The notes under the pieces: generated by a model
Told to the model about the DNA's origin: nothing
Seen by the model: only the letters and a program-made list of their open reading frames with translations
The model's database searches: none
Virus record (IMG/VR): IMGVR_UViG_3300046742_000152
Location: 1 to 64,000 of that record
Strand: one strand, 5' to 3'
DNA length: 64,000 nucleotides
From: an uncultured virus (IMG/VR IMGVR_UViG_3300046742_000152)
Taxonomy: Duplodnaviria; Heunggongvirae; Uroviricota; Caudoviricetes
Part shown: positions 40,632 to 50,852 of the stretch, in pieces
Layout of the letters: each line of letters begins with the position of its first letter
Numbering within the stretch: the first letter of the stretch is position 1
Translations under genes and position numbers: made by a program

Positions 40632-41029
40632 GATTTAATTTTATTGATGATGGCAGATGTTGAAAGATCGTCAATTCGCTCTAGAAAACGAACTTCTTTA
40701 GCAAAATCAGCACCAATGATTTTTTGATTTTCATAATCACTTCCGAGCAGCATGATGTCTGGAGAAACCATTTTAACTAAATTCTCTAACTGAAGATCGG
40801 TGTAAAATTCAAAAACCATATCTACATATTTGATGGATTCCAGGATGGTTTTACGCTCATGATAATTTTTAAAAGGTCTCTTTGAACCTTTTTTATCCGA
40901 AACTCTTGAATCAGAATCTAGGCCAACTATAACGTGTCCACCACAAGATAAATGCCTAGCTGATTTTAGAAGTTTTATGTGAGAAGAATGTAAGACATCA
41001 AAAGTTCCATTACACCATATAGTTTTCAT
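40628..41029 (-). CDS. cytidylyltransferase-like nucleotidyltransferase (RfaE/HldE domain II-like)
   Basis: NGTFDVLHSSH, VGLDSD, KG.KRP, GSDY, STSAII. Confidence 0.88.
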   Translation of the reverse strand: MKTIWCNGTFDVLHSSHIKLLKSARHLSCGGHVIVGLDSDSRVSDKKGSKRPFKNYHERKTILESIKYVDMVFEFYTDLQLENLVKMVSPDIMLLGSDYENQKIIGADFAKEVRFLERIDDLSTSAIINKIKS

Positions 41030-41055
41030 AATTATATGATAAAAAAAACTTTTAA

Positions 41056-41265
41056 TTATTCTAGTAAATCTTCATCAGATTCAAATTCGATATTGCCCTC
41101 ATTTGATAGTTCTATTATTTTTTCTTGCAGTGCTCCTATCATGGTAATTGTATTAATATCATACTCGTCAATATATCTATAAATTAAATTCTCAAGATCA
41201 ATGCGAAACGAATCTGTTTGCTCATCATAATCTCGTGGACCACCAATATAAAAGTCATCATCCAT
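41056..41265 (-). CDS. small acidic hypothetical protein
   Basis: 69-aa ORF. Confidence 0.7.
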   Translation of the reverse strand: MDDDFYIGGPRDYDEQTDSFRIDLENLIYRYIDEYDINTITMIGALQEKIIELSNEGNIEFESDEDLLE

Positions 41266-42094
41266 GAGTTAAGTAATCTTCTACTGTTTGAAATTCTATA
41301 TCAACATATTTTAAAAGTTTACTGATGTCAGCCTTTGTGTAAGATTGATACTGAGTTTTGAGGTCATCAGGCATAGATATATAACTTTTACTGACATTAT
41401 ATTTTTCACAAATTAAATTGGCAACTTGCTCAAAAGAGATTGGGCTGCCAGTTCCAACATTGAAAATTTCAGAAACATTTTGGTGGAGCATTTTTTCGTG
41501 AATTTTACAAATATCATTTACGCAAATAAAATCTCTAAGATATTCATTGCTGTTTTCAAAAAGTTTTATAGATTTTTCGCGCTGAGCTTGAATGGAAAAC
41601 TTTGTAATAGGCGAAGCCTGATTTTTTTTATGTTCTTCATGATTGCCATAGACATTAAAGTACCTAAAACCTTGAATCCAAATATTTGAATCGCGGTAAT
41701 GTTTTTTTACATGTCGATCAAAGAGATATTTGCTCCAAGCATAAGGATTTAAGGGGTAAACAGAATCGTTTTCATTAAAACTTTTATTATTGCCATATAC
41801 ACTGGCAGAACTAGCATATTGAAAGTTGCATTGATTTTTTTCACAAAGAGACAGAAGCTCTATACTGTATTCTAAATTATACTTAAGAATTTTTTCTACA
41901 TTTTTTTCAGTAGTAGTACTAATAGCGCCTAAATGTATTACCCATTCATATTGAGAGCAGTCGGGAAACTTAAGATCTTCATTTAAATCTTGATCAAATC
42001 CTTCAACTGTATAATTTAAAGCTTTAAAGTTCGATAAATAATTGTGGAGATTTTTACCAATGAAGCCTTTATGCCCTGTTATAAGAATGCGCAT
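41258..42094 (-). CDS. hldD: ADP-L-glycero-D-manno-heptose 6-epimerase-like
   Basis: HLGAISTTTE, YASSASVYG, PLNPYAWSK.LFD, YQSYTKAD. Confidence 0.85.
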   Translation of the reverse strand: MRILITGHKGFIGKNLHNYLSNFKALNYTVEGFDQDLNEDLKFPDCSQYEWVIHLGAISTTTEKNVEKILKYNLEYSIELLSLCEKNQCNFQYASSASVYGNNKSFNENDSVYPLNPYAWSKYLFDRHVKKHYRDSNIWIQGFRYFNVYGNHEEHKKNQASPITKFSIQAQREKSIKLFENSNEYLRDFICVNDICKIHEKMLHQNVSEIFNVGTGSPISFEQVANLICEKYNVSKSYISMPDDLKTQYQSYTKADISKLLKYVDIEFQTVEDYLTHG

Positions 42095-42126
42095 AATAAT
42101 ATTATATTAATTAAAGTTTGAAATTC

Positions 42127-42153
42127 AAAAAAAAGGGGGGCAAAGCCCCCCTT
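42127..42153 (-). terminator. intrinsic terminator
   Basis: GGGGGGC TTT GCCCCCC followed by T8 on the minus strand. Confidence 0.9.
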
Positions 42154-42175
42154 GTTTAAAGCGGTTAAAGTAAGA

Positions 42176-42439
42176 TTAACCTTCTGAATCACATTTACTG
42201 CGCGAGCAAGAGCTGTTTTTTGCCAGCAAAGCTACGACAAGAATTAATGTTAGGAAAGAAGTGAAGCCAGTTTCTGGACCCACAAATCCTCCAACTAAAC
42301 CTTGAAGATTTCCTATAACATCAACAGGAGCCGATGTACCGAAGACAGCTTGAACGATAATAAGTAGTCCAAGAACGCTAAGTAATGTTGCTGCAATGCC
42401 TTTTACAGCGCAGCTTATTGTATCTAGTGTGTTTTTCAT
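42176..42439 (-). CDS. small membrane protein
   Basis: Two hydrophobic helices. Confidence 0.75.
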   Translation of the reverse strand: MKNTLDTISCAVKGIAATLLSVLGLLIIVQAVFGTSAPVDVIGNLQGLVGGFVGPETGFTSFLTLILVVALLAKNSSCSRSKCDSEG

Positions 42440-42453
42440 AATTGTATTTTATA

Positions 42454-43098
42454 TTAGAAATTAAAAGTTAAGGCTGTTCCAAAGACAAATTCTCTATCAA
42501 TGTCATCAGCGTCTACCAAATCAGCAGAAGCTGATAAGATTGCTCCTTCGCCTACAGAACGAGATAAATTAGCTCCTAATCCATAATAAGAACGATCAGT
42601 AGATTCCGTAGTGTCAGTATTTCCAGCGGAAGCATGTACGCAAAGGTCTACAACTTCAAGATCAAATTGATGCTTTAAAGAACCTTCAAATGTATAGAGC
42701 TTATCATCTACATTGCGATAAACAGATAAAGTGGGGCTGCCCACAATATTAAGAGAAGCTTTTACTGCAATTTCAGAGAGCGCATCGCCAGCGACATCTT
42801 CAAAATGATTAAAACCTCCGTAGAGAGAAAAAAGCTCATCAGCAAATGATTCACTAATTCCAAAAGCAATACCATAGCTATCAACTCCAGTGTCAATAGA
42901 TTGATTAGTGCATAGATGAAAACTAGCATTTAAACTAGCTACAGATTGCTCAAGATCGATAGAAGCTTGAACTGATTCAAGAGCCTTTTGCTCGCCCCGA
43001 TAAAAGAAATCGGAAGCATATCCAATCTTAGCGGAGTTAGCTAAGGCGACGTGAGAAAGCCCGAAGGCTAGTAATAATGATACGATTTTATTTTTCAT
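42454..43098 (-). CDS. outer-membrane beta-barrel protein (TIGR02001/Gcw_chp-like)
   Basis: Sec signal; GYASDFFYRG motif; C-terminal beta-signal ALTFNF. Confidence 0.75.
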   Translation of the reverse strand: MKNKIVSLLLAFGLSHVALANSAKIGYASDFFYRGEQKALESVQASIDLEQSVASLNASFHLCTNQSIDTGVDSYGIAFGISESFADELFSLYGGFNHFEDVAGDALSEIAVKASLNIVGSPTLSVYRNVDDKLYTFEGSLKHQFDLEVVDLCVHASAGNTDTTESTDRSYYGLGANLSRSVGEGAILSASADLVDADDIDREFVFGTALTFNF

Positions 43099-43111
43099 AT
43101 ATATTTATTTG

Positions 43112-43786
43112 TTAAATGTTTAAATTAAAAAGATAATCATTGTGCCCATTATAAACTTGACCAGTTTCGTTTTTAGGATTTGGTTCAGAGGTGAAAGCAC
43201 TGATGCAACCAAGTCCAGCGCCATAATCTACAGGAGCTAGAGAATAATTTTTAGAAAACATGAAACTAGAAATAATTTCTAGCCCTGAATCTCTTTGTGA
43301 ATAATCTTTTTCAGTAACTTCAATTAAAACTTGATGAATTTTTTGTTTTTCAAAATTAATACCTTTTAAAACTTCTAATTCATAACCTTCGACATCAAGA
43401 GAGAAGAAGTCTATGTCTCCAATATTAGTTTCATCTAATATAGATTGCAATGTTCTAGCTTGTACTGTGTGCGTCGCAGGTCTGCGAGTTCTTAATCCTC
43501 CAATCGAAGACATTGCCCTACCGTCAAAATCTCCATCTGCAGTAGAGTCTTGATAATCAAAAGAAACACAAGCGCAATTAAAATAAAAGTTATTAGGTCG
43601 TGTAGTTTTTAACTTTTCGAATTGAATTGGAGCAGGTTCAATTAAAATTCCAGTCCAATCATATTCGCTTTGAAGCCAATTGGTATTAGATTGAAAATGA
43701 CCGTCAACTGCACCCATTTCTATATATTTACCTTTGTAAGAGGGTTGATTTAAATTCTTAATATTTTCTTTTAAACGTTCTTTCAT
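43112..43786 (-). CDS. FkbM-family methyltransferase
   Basis: IEMGAVDG..SNT, WTGILIEP, IDFFSLDVEGYELEVLKG. Confidence 0.88.
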   Translation of the reverse strand: MKERLKENIKNLNQPSYKGKYIEMGAVDGHFQSNTNWLQSEYDWTGILIEPAPIQFEKLKTTRPNNFYFNCACVSFDYQDSTADGDFDGRAMSSIGGLRTRRPATHTVQARTLQSILDETNIGDIDFFSLDVEGYELEVLKGINFEKQKIHQVLIEVTEKDYSQRDSGLEIISSFMFSKNYSLAPVDYGAGLGCISAFTSEPNPKNETGQVYNGHNDYLFNLNI

Positions 43787-44355
43787 TTTATTCTTATTTC
43801 TTTCCAGTTAATAAATTTATTTTTTATTAGATCTCTAATGTGTCTTTGTTTTTGATTTAGTTGACTCTTGCCACTTTTAATTTCAATAAATGTTATTTCA
43901 TCATCTCCAAAAGATATGTAGTCAATAGGTCTACCTAAAAAAATGCAATTTTCTGGCTCAAAATCAAATTGATCTAAGAAGGGAGCTAGAGTTTCTGCAA
44001 TTTGACCCAGGCGAACTTCACTACTTTTCTTTTGACTTAAAACTTTTCTTCGGCTTTCAGTCTCTTCTAGGAGGCGATTTTCTAAGTTAAGATTAGTTTC
44101 TGTTAGTATTTTTTCTTTTTCGTTAAGTTCTTTTCTTTGGAGCTTGATGAGATCTTGCTCGGATTGAAAAGATTTTTGAAGTTGATTTAATTGATCTTTT
44201 AAGAATGTATTTTCCGTGCGTAGATCGGCGTTAAAACTAGAGTTAGATTCATATTTTAAATTAGATTTGGATTTGCGAAATTTCTGATAAAGAAATAAAT
44301 TTACTAGTACAAGTATAATACACAATAATATGTAAAATTCAATAGAAAAAAACAT
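43783..44355 (-). CDS. membrane-anchored Holliday-junction-resolvase-like endonuclease
   Basis: TM + coiled coil + GQIAETLAPF, FLGRPIDYI.F, FIEIKSG. Confidence 0.8.
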   Translation of the reverse strand: MFFSIEFYILLCIILVLVNLFLYQKFRKSKSNLKYESNSSFNADLRTENTFLKDQLNQLQKSFQSEQDLIKLQRKELNEKEKILTETNLNLENRLLEETESRRKVLSQKKSSEVRLGQIAETLAPFLDQFDFEPENCIFLGRPIDYISFGDDEITFIEIKSGKSQLNQKQRHIRDLIKNKFINWKEIRIK

Positions 44356-44961
44356 TTACAATTTCCTAAACACCATTATAGTCCTCTTAAAATAAGGAGC
44401 AAATGCATCATTTCTGAGTTTGGTTTGAGCGTCTAGATCTAAAGCGTAACCTAATGACTGAAATTGAGACTCTACATAATCATTGTTTTGGCAGTTTACA
44501 TGACCATCTCCACCTTGACCCTTGATGGCCCAGCTTAATATAATACCTTTTGATGAGTTGTGGTGAAGATTATCAATAAAAATAGATTCAAATTGCTTTG
44601 GAATATGTTCGCCAACTTCAAGACAAAGTACCCAATCAAAAGGCTTGGGAAAGCGAAAGGGTTTATGAAGCTCTAATACAGAGCAAGATCCATTGGTAAG
44701 CTCGTAAGTGTTGGGGCTACCATCGTAGCCAAAGCTGTTTATTCCGCTCTTTTTGAGTTGATGCGTATAAAAACCTAATCCACAGCCAAAGTCTCCAACA
44801 GTTTCTGGGTTTTCGTTTGTTAACAATTCTATGATTGAGTTGCAAAGATAAAAATCATGGACATGATGATCCATTACGTTTTTTTTATTAAGTCCGTGCC
44901 AAATTCCATTAGAATCAATACTAAAAGAATCATTGGCTGTTGTCATATTTTGAGTGCTCAT
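44356..44961 (-). CDS. SAM-dependent methyltransferase
   Basis: DFGCGLG, FDWVLCLEVGEHIP, SWA..GQGGDGHVN. Confidence 0.85.
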   Translation of the reverse strand: MSTQNMTTANDSFSIDSNGIWHGLNKKNVMDHHVHDFYLCNSIIELLTNENPETVGDFGCGLGFYTHQLKKSGINSFGYDGSPNTYELTNGSCSVLELHKPFRFPKPFDWVLCLEVGEHIPKQFESIFIDNLHHNSSKGIILSWAIKGQGGDGHVNCQNNDYVESQFQSLGYALDLDAQTKLRNDAFAPYFKRTIMVFRKL

Positions 44962-45194
44962 TTTTTTGTAATTGAAATTATGCGATCATGGCGAAAGGAT
45001 CGAATTTGCTTTCTTCCGAAACAATAAGCTTTAAATCCAATGTTGTTTCTTTGAGATTCTTTGTTGCCAAAAGAATTATACAAATTAATTGAACCAATTT
45101 GATATGTTTTTGTTTTGCCATTTTCGTTTTTATATACAATATAATATTTTGGCCCAAAAAATTTTTGAAAGAGGAGCTTGATTTTATTCAACAT
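44958..45194 (-). CDS. stand-alone WYL-like domain protein
   Basis: FKAYCFGRKQIRSFRHDRI. Confidence 0.6.
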   Translation of the reverse strand: MLNKIKLLFQKFFGPKYYIVYKNENGKTKTYQIGSINLYNSFGNKESQRNNIGFKAYCFGRKQIRSFRHDRIISITKK

Positions 45195-46293
45195 TTAAAT
45201 CTATATTATTTTTTTCACAATAAGCAACAGCGTAACCAGCTTTGAAGTTAAAGTGTCCAATGAAAATCGATAGCGCGATAATAATATAAGGCTCAAATCT
45301 TTCAAAGCCTAAACTGTGAAAAGATAAACATGTTAGTATAATAAAAGGCAAAAATTTATTTAAAGAAAAATTTAATATCATCATAATTAATAAGTGGTTA
45401 TATATGTTTTTGTCAGGTCTGGCTCTAAAACGCCCTTGCCATGAGAATCAGTGAACGCAGAACTCAATGTAAGGCTATCATGATTATCTAAAAAATTATC
45501 TAAGAAATCACTAAAAACATAATTTTTAGTCTCAGAAATAGAAACAAGAACCTCGCAAGAGTGCAATAAGATATCTTTGTGAAATTTAGGTTTAAAATTT
45601 GATGAAACTAAAAAATCGGAATTGAGTAAATCTTGATGAGCTTTGTATAAAACTTCTTTAGAGTTCGAAGAAAGTACAAGTGAGTATTGAGCGATAAGAT
45701 CTTTCATTTTGAATGTTTTGACCAGCTAGGTTTAAATGAGTTAGGAAAAATATCTTCAAAGTTTTTTTCAAAGTTTTTCGTTACTTTTCTTGGCGAATCG
45801 CCCTTTCCATGAGAATTGACTGAGTTAAAAATTGAATCTGTTTTGCAGCTTCCACCCTGCTTGCATTGATGCTTGCGAAAACCATCAATCGCTGAACTGA
45901 CTTTTTTATTCTCTGACATGATATTATATTATTTTAAAAAAGAGAGTTTGTCAAGTTTTAAATACCGTAGATCGAGTTTAATATAGACCTGGATTTATTC
46001 CTCAATGACTCTTTAAGTTTTGACTGTTCTAATTTTTCGTTTTCTAGTTGCTCTTTCTGGCTAACAAGTTCAGTCTTCTCTTCTTCCTCTTGCTCTTCTA
46101 CAGCATCAACACCTTCAGCAATTACTAAAAAAGTAATGCGATGATCTGCATCGGAAGCAATTAATTCTTTTGAGTAATCTATTAAATCAAGGTACTGATC
46201 TTCACTCATTGACTGATACGATTCCCAAGAAGGAATTTTACCCATTAAAGAGTTGCTAGTTATTAATGCAAAGTCTATCTGTTTTTGATTCAT
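45184..46293 (-). other. hypothetical CDSs 45184-45384, 45387-45707, 45704-45919, 45958-46293
   Basis: Tiled minus-strand ORFs. Confidence 0.7.
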
Positions 46294-46769
46294 GATTTAT
46301 TCCATGTGGTTGTTTCGGGCAACACTATTAGATCTACTAAATTAACTTGAGTTATTTCATCAAAATGATTTTCCCTTTGAAATAATTGGTATTTTGCTTC
46401 CCAAGGATTAGCTACAATGGATTTTGAGAAATCTATTTTAGAGTGAACAAAATCAACAAGCTTTTTTCTTGGACAAAAAATGTACTGAGTGGGAGACTCA
46501 AAAACAATAAAATCAGCCGAGCCGTAAAGCCAACCTGGTTTACCTTTAAAATTTTTAATTTCAACCCAAACCCATTTATTGCTTTTTTTTCCAGAAAAAG
46601 CCTTAAAGCATAGCGATCTAGAGCTTGGGCTCGAATCAGGCGATTTGCCCAACAAAAATAAATCAATAAAACTTGAATATTGATTTTTAGTTGGAAGTTT
46701 TATTTTAAAACCTTTGCTCTTAGCAAAAGTTTTAAATTTATCTAAAGACTTTGATGAGGATTTATTCAA
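46290..46769 (-). CDS. degenerate PD-(D/E)XK paralogue of 28319..28771
   Basis: WVWVEIKNFKGKPGWLYGSADFIVFE; D-x-K replaced by CFK. Confidence 0.7.
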   Translation of the reverse strand: MNKSSSKSLDKFKTFAKSKGFKIKLPTKNQYSSFIDLFLLGKSPDSSPSSRSLCFKAFSGKKSNKWVWVEIKNFKGKPGWLYGSADFIVFESPTQYIFCPRKKLVDFVHSKIDFSKSIVANPWEAKYQLFQRENHFDEITQVNLVDLIVLPETTTWNKS

Positions 46770-46957
46770 TTAAAGAAACTGATGAGGTTTTTTAGTTTTT
46801 ACTAAAGTAAAATTGTTTTTAGAGTTGCTGTCCCAAGTAGAAAAAGCTTCTTGCATTTTTCGAATGTTTGAGAGCGCGGTGTCCTTACTTAAATAAAAAT
46901 TAGGTTCAGCTTTCCTACCATTTCGCAGGATAATATAAACGGCTTGCTCCATAGAAA

Positions 46958-47320
46958 TTAAAATGGGGTTTCATCATCAATCCCTGCAGGTTCTGAAGTC
47001 TGTTCAGTGGTAGAGCTTTCAACCGCATTTACATTATTAGAAGAATTTTCTTTAGCAACAACTTTATTGTCATCTAGAGATAGTCCGTCAGAAACTGATG
47101 GAGAAAAATAAATTATTACATCAGGAGCATTAGGGTTTTCACTTTTTCTTTTATTTGAAAATCCAACAATATTGACAAAACCATCTTCGTCTGCAAGTTT
47201 TGAGATATTTATTTTACCTGAAAAATAATTTTGAGTTTTTCCAGATTTTTTCCAAAGAGCTCCTAATTCGCGCTCTTTCCATTCGTTGTTAGACTCTTGA
47301 GTTTTATTTGTCTCTTCCAT
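46958..47320 (-). CDS. putative ssDNA-binding protein (DUF736-like) with acidic tail
   Basis: LGALWKK..YFSGKI..N..K..NAPD; SSB-type C-terminus DDETPF. Confidence 0.6.
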   Translation of the reverse strand: MEETNKTQESNNEWKERELGALWKKSGKTQNYFSGKINISKLADEDGFVNIVGFSNKRKSENPNAPDVIIYFSPSVSDGLSLDDNKVVAKENSSNNVNAVESSTTEQTSEPAGIDDETPF

Positions 47321-47376
47321 GATATTATATTTTTTGTGTTATATTGATGATTTATTTTATAATAAATAAATGCTGG

Positions 47377-47843
47377 CTATATTCTATTAAACTTTTGTTT
47401 AAGTTCAGAAATTATTTTAATTTTATCTTCCGCGCTAAGAGCAGCGTAGGATTTTTTAAACCGTCGAAGCAGTCTTTTTTGCTCTGGTAGACCTTGGTAG
47501 CCCATTATATCTTTTATTTGTTTTAATTTAGATTTGTTCATGTGTGAAGATGCTATAATCTATATATTATATATTATAACGAAATTTTCAAAATTTATAA
47601 ATGAGATTCTACATCAGAACAAAGATTAGAAAGTAATTCACCGCTAATTCTGACTTTATGTTTGTTTCTAATGACGTGATAAAAATTTTCATTTTGAACC
47701 AAGATAATTAAACTACATTTATTATATAAAGATTGACCATGAGCTTCAATAAATAAAACTTCTAAAGAATTAATAATATAGTCTTGAGTTTGATTAAAAC
47801 CAAAGCGAAAGTTGTAATTATCAGTTTTATCAATAATAATCAT
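47377..47843 (-). other. small hypothetical CDSs 47377-47541, 47595-47843 (also 46770-46952)
   Basis: Manual and ORF-track translations. Confidence 0.55.
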
Positions 47844-47907
47844 GACATGAAATTAGCGTAAAATCCGTAACAAAAAATAAAATAAACAATTAGTTGTAAA
47901 ATTTCCA

Positions 47908-48447
47908 TTATCTATATTCCTTTCTCAATAATCTCCATCTATCTGAATCAATTGGTTTGCTGCCATTATCTATAGCATACAACATTTCAACAACTTCGTC
48001 AAGACTATTATAAATATATTTATGAGGTAGCATACCGAGCATCCACAAGGGTGTTTTAGCTTTACCCCCTTCCATGCTTATGAAGATTGGTTTTTTTTCT
48101 CTAACGGCTGTAACAATTTCTTCAGCACTTCCCCAGCTAGCTACATCAGGAACAAGATGCGCAATAATAAAATCGCTCCTATCTACCAAGTTTAAGTCAT
48201 AAGCTCGAACCATTTTCATTTTATCTGTAACTCTGTCATATTGTTTTGTTTTCATCCAAGTTTCCATCTCTCGACGGGAAGTTTCATCTTCTTCAACGTC
48301 TTTCATGAAAGGCTTTTCGTAAGGATTAAAGCAAGTAATATTTAACGACGAAAGTTTATCGGTAACTTCTTTTCTCCAATCTCTGCCGCTAAGATATTGC
48401 ATATGACCGACTAAGTAGGTGCGAGTTTTATATAAAAGATTTTTCAT
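47908..48447 (-). CDS. nucleoside 2-deoxyribosyltransferase-like protein
   Basis: YLVGHM..WR..FNP..DL..VDRSD..SWGS.EE..A..KP. Confidence 0.78.
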   Translation of the reverse strand: MKNLLYKTRTYLVGHMQYLSGRDWRKEVTDKLSSLNITCFNPYEKPFMKDVEEDETSRREMETWMKTKQYDRVTDKMKMVRAYDLNLVDRSDFIIAHLVPDVASWGSAEEIVTAVREKKPIFISMEGGKAKTPLWMLGMLPHKYIYNSLDEVVEMLYAIDNGSKPIDSDRWRLLRKEYR

Positions 48448-48489
48448 AAAGTATAGTCCACTGTATTCAGGTTTGCTGAATATTTTTTT

Positions 48490-49536
48490 TTAAGATTTTG
48501 ATTTTCTGAGAGGAGTTAAAAGGCCTTTCTTAACAAATTCTCCACGCATTCTTTGGCAAGAATTTAATGGCGCTCCAATTTTTTTTGAAACAGAAAGTAT
48601 AGAGTTCCCTTTTTTAAATAATTTAAGCATGAGAAGCTTTTGAGCTTCAGTAAAAGGGCGATTGATAGAAGTAACTAAAGGTGTTAGTTTCAAACTTCTT
48701 ATCGCCCCGCTAATTTTTGGCATGCTATATTTATTATTAAATAATATTTTATTAATTTCTTGCCCCGAATAAGTTCTAGGGTTTTTTAATATAAATTTTT
48801 TAATCTTTTTTTTATCAGAGCTATGTATCACAGGATTATCTAAGCCTTGATCAAAAAAACTATTCATAGATTGCTTCCCTTTGGAAATGTCATTGGAATT
48901 ACCTCCTTGAAGAACTTCTTTGGCATCAAAAAAATGATTTAGTTTTTCTTGTATCCCAAGAAACATTGTTGAGATTGCTTGATGGGTTACTTCAAGCTCT
49001 TCAGAGATTTTCACTTGACTAAGACCTTTTTGATAAAAAGATAAAAGCTTGCACTCTTTTTCTGTTAAAAGGTAACAGTATTTAGTGAGCACATGAAAAA
49101 ATTGTTTTGAATTCGATTGAAAATAAATTTCATCATTATCAAGTTCTTTATTCTCTTCACCTTGAGTTTCAATAGCTGCTTCAAAAACAGTTTTAGTTCC
49201 ATCTTCGGTCTCTGTGTATCCATCAAGTTTGCGACGGTTGTATGATTTATTAGTGAATCTATAATGCGCCCAGACAGCTTCATTTTTTACATAATGATAA
49301 GCTATTTTCTTAAACTCTGATTGGTTAAAATCTTGGTCACTAGGAAAAGAATTTAATATCTTCTCTTTATTTTTTAATAAATGTAAGTTGCATTCACTGT
49401 AAATTTCTTCGTCAGAAAGAGCGTGAAAACTTTTTTTAAACTTCCCAACTATTCTTTTAATATCTTCTTGAAACTCAATGAGATATTGATCAAACAAATC
49501 TGAGTTTTTACAATTTACTTGTTTACTGTTTTCCAT
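48490..49536 (-). CDS. sigma70-family-like factor (regions 2 and 4) with extra C-terminal HTH
   Basis: LTEKECKLL..GLSQVKISEELEVTHQAIS region-4 HTH; N-terminal region-2-like helices. Confidence 0.65.
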   Translation of the reverse strand: MENSKQVNCKNSDLFDQYLIEFQEDIKRIVGKFKKSFHALSDEEIYSECNLHLLKNKEKILNSFPSDQDFNQSEFKKIAYHYVKNEAVWAHYRFTNKSYNRRKLDGYTETEDGTKTVFEAAIETQGEENKELDNDEIYFQSNSKQFFHVLTKYCYLLTEKECKLLSFYQKGLSQVKISEELEVTHQAISTMFLGIQEKLNHFFDAKEVLQGGNSNDISKGKQSMNSFFDQGLDNPVIHSSDKKKIKKFILKNPRTYSGQEINKILFNNKYSMPKISGAIRSLKLTPLVTSINRPFTEAQKLLMLKLFKKGNSILSVSKKIGAPLNSCQRMRGEFVKKGLLTPLRKSKS

Positions 49537-50582
49537 GTTAATTTACCGTCATTATTATATGAACTTGGATATTCTTTCGACCAATTTACAAAAGATTTAG
49601 TTCTGTCCATCCATCGTTTGAATGTAGCATCTTTTACGCCTAAGCTTGCAGCAGCTTTGGTTCGAACATTACCGTTTGCCAGAAGAGCTTTTTTAATTTT
49701 AGGGATTAAAGATTTTCTATAAATATCTCTAGATTCAGCTTTGGCTTTCCTTAAATTTTTAATCCTTTTAGCTTCAGCTTCTAGACTTTTATCAAAAAAA
49801 GGAACTCCGTTTTGCCTCCTTTGTTCCATGACTTTTTTTTGCGCTGCCGAACGCTGCTCTTTAGACACTCTGGGCGGTGTAGGTTTTTCAAATGGGTATT
49901 CAGTGTTCCACCAGTCTCTGGTTTCGCATCTAGCCATTAACTTATATAAAGTTGATCGACCAATCTTAAGGTGTTCAGCAGCTTTCTTGCGGCTATTATT
50001 ATTTACAACTAAAGCGTTAATAATTTGATTTTTTGTTCGACGCATTTCTTCCTTGTCCCATTTAACCCATTCGCCACCATTCCAAACAAGACCTTTTCTT
50101 TCATTAAGTTTTTTGCAAACTCCTTTGCGATTTTGTCGAGCCCAATTTTGAGCACCTCTTTTAAAACCTATATTCTCGCAGTCTTTTGCGCTAGATTTAT
50201 TGAATCTATTTGTGTAACCCTCAGGTCGAGGTAGATTTTTTTTAAATAAAAAATTATTAACGTTTGGGAAAGCTGATCGGCGGATATTTTCCCAGTCAGA
50301 AACAGATAATAGTTTGTTGGTATTTGTATGTTTGTATTGTTTATGAAGCATGTATCCTAATACCGCTTTCACTTTTACATTTAAAGAGTCTTCTTTACTT
50401 TTCTCAATAAGAATAGTTTTAGCTATAAGATAAGAACGGGCCTTGATAAAAGTTGCATAATCTTTTTCAGTACCATCTTCGTAGCGCTCTGTATAATACA
50501 TAAGCCAATACTGAGAAAAAGAAAAAGTTTTTTTCCTAAAAGCTTTTTGGCAATTCGTTGCTTTTCTTCCGCGTTTTTTCAT
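49515..50582 (-). CDS. basic protein with two Fis-type HTH domains
   Basis: IINAL..NNNSRKKAAEHLKIGRSTLYK and IKKALLANGNVRTKAAASLGVKDATF. Confidence 0.75.
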   Translation of the reverse strand: MKKRGRKATNCQKAFRKKTFSFSQYWLMYYTERYEDGTEKDYATFIKARSYLIAKTILIEKSKEDSLNVKVKAVLGYMLHKQYKHTNTNKLLSVSDWENIRRSAFPNVNNFLFKKNLPRPEGYTNRFNKSSAKDCENIGFKRGAQNWARQNRKGVCKKLNERKGLVWNGGEWVKWDKEEMRRTKNQIINALVVNNNSRKKAAEHLKIGRSTLYKLMARCETRDWWNTEYPFEKPTPPRVSKEQRSAAQKKVMEQRRQNGVPFFDKSLEAEAKRIKNLRKAKAESRDIYRKSLIPKIKKALLANGNVRTKAAASLGVKDATFKRWMDRTKSFVNWSKEYPSSYNNDGKLTWKTVNK

Positions 50583-50621
50583 AATAAACACAGTTTATCA
50601 CGAAAATATAAAGAAGTCAAG

Positions 50622-50789
50622 TCATTTCCATTTGCAATAGTTTGGATTTTCAGATCTCTTTCGGCGCATATAGTCTCTTTTTTGCGCTCTGCGCCGAGCT
50701 AAATCTGACTCATCATATTTTTTTTGAGCTTTTCGCTGAGCTTCTGTTGTTTTATATTGTTTTTTACACAGTGGTTTTGAATTTTTCAT
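50622..50789 (-). CDS. small basic protein (55 aa)
   Basis: Manually translated MKNSKPLCKKQYKTTEAQRKAQKKYDE...RDYMRRKR.. Confidence 0.65.
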   Translation of the reverse strand: MKNSKPLCKKQYKTTEAQRKAQKKYDESDLARRRAQKRDYMRRKRSENPNYCKWK

Positions 50790-50852
50790 TCTATAATAAA
50801 ATAAAAGGTGTAATTTTGAGGGATTATTTTTATAATAAATTATTACACATAA

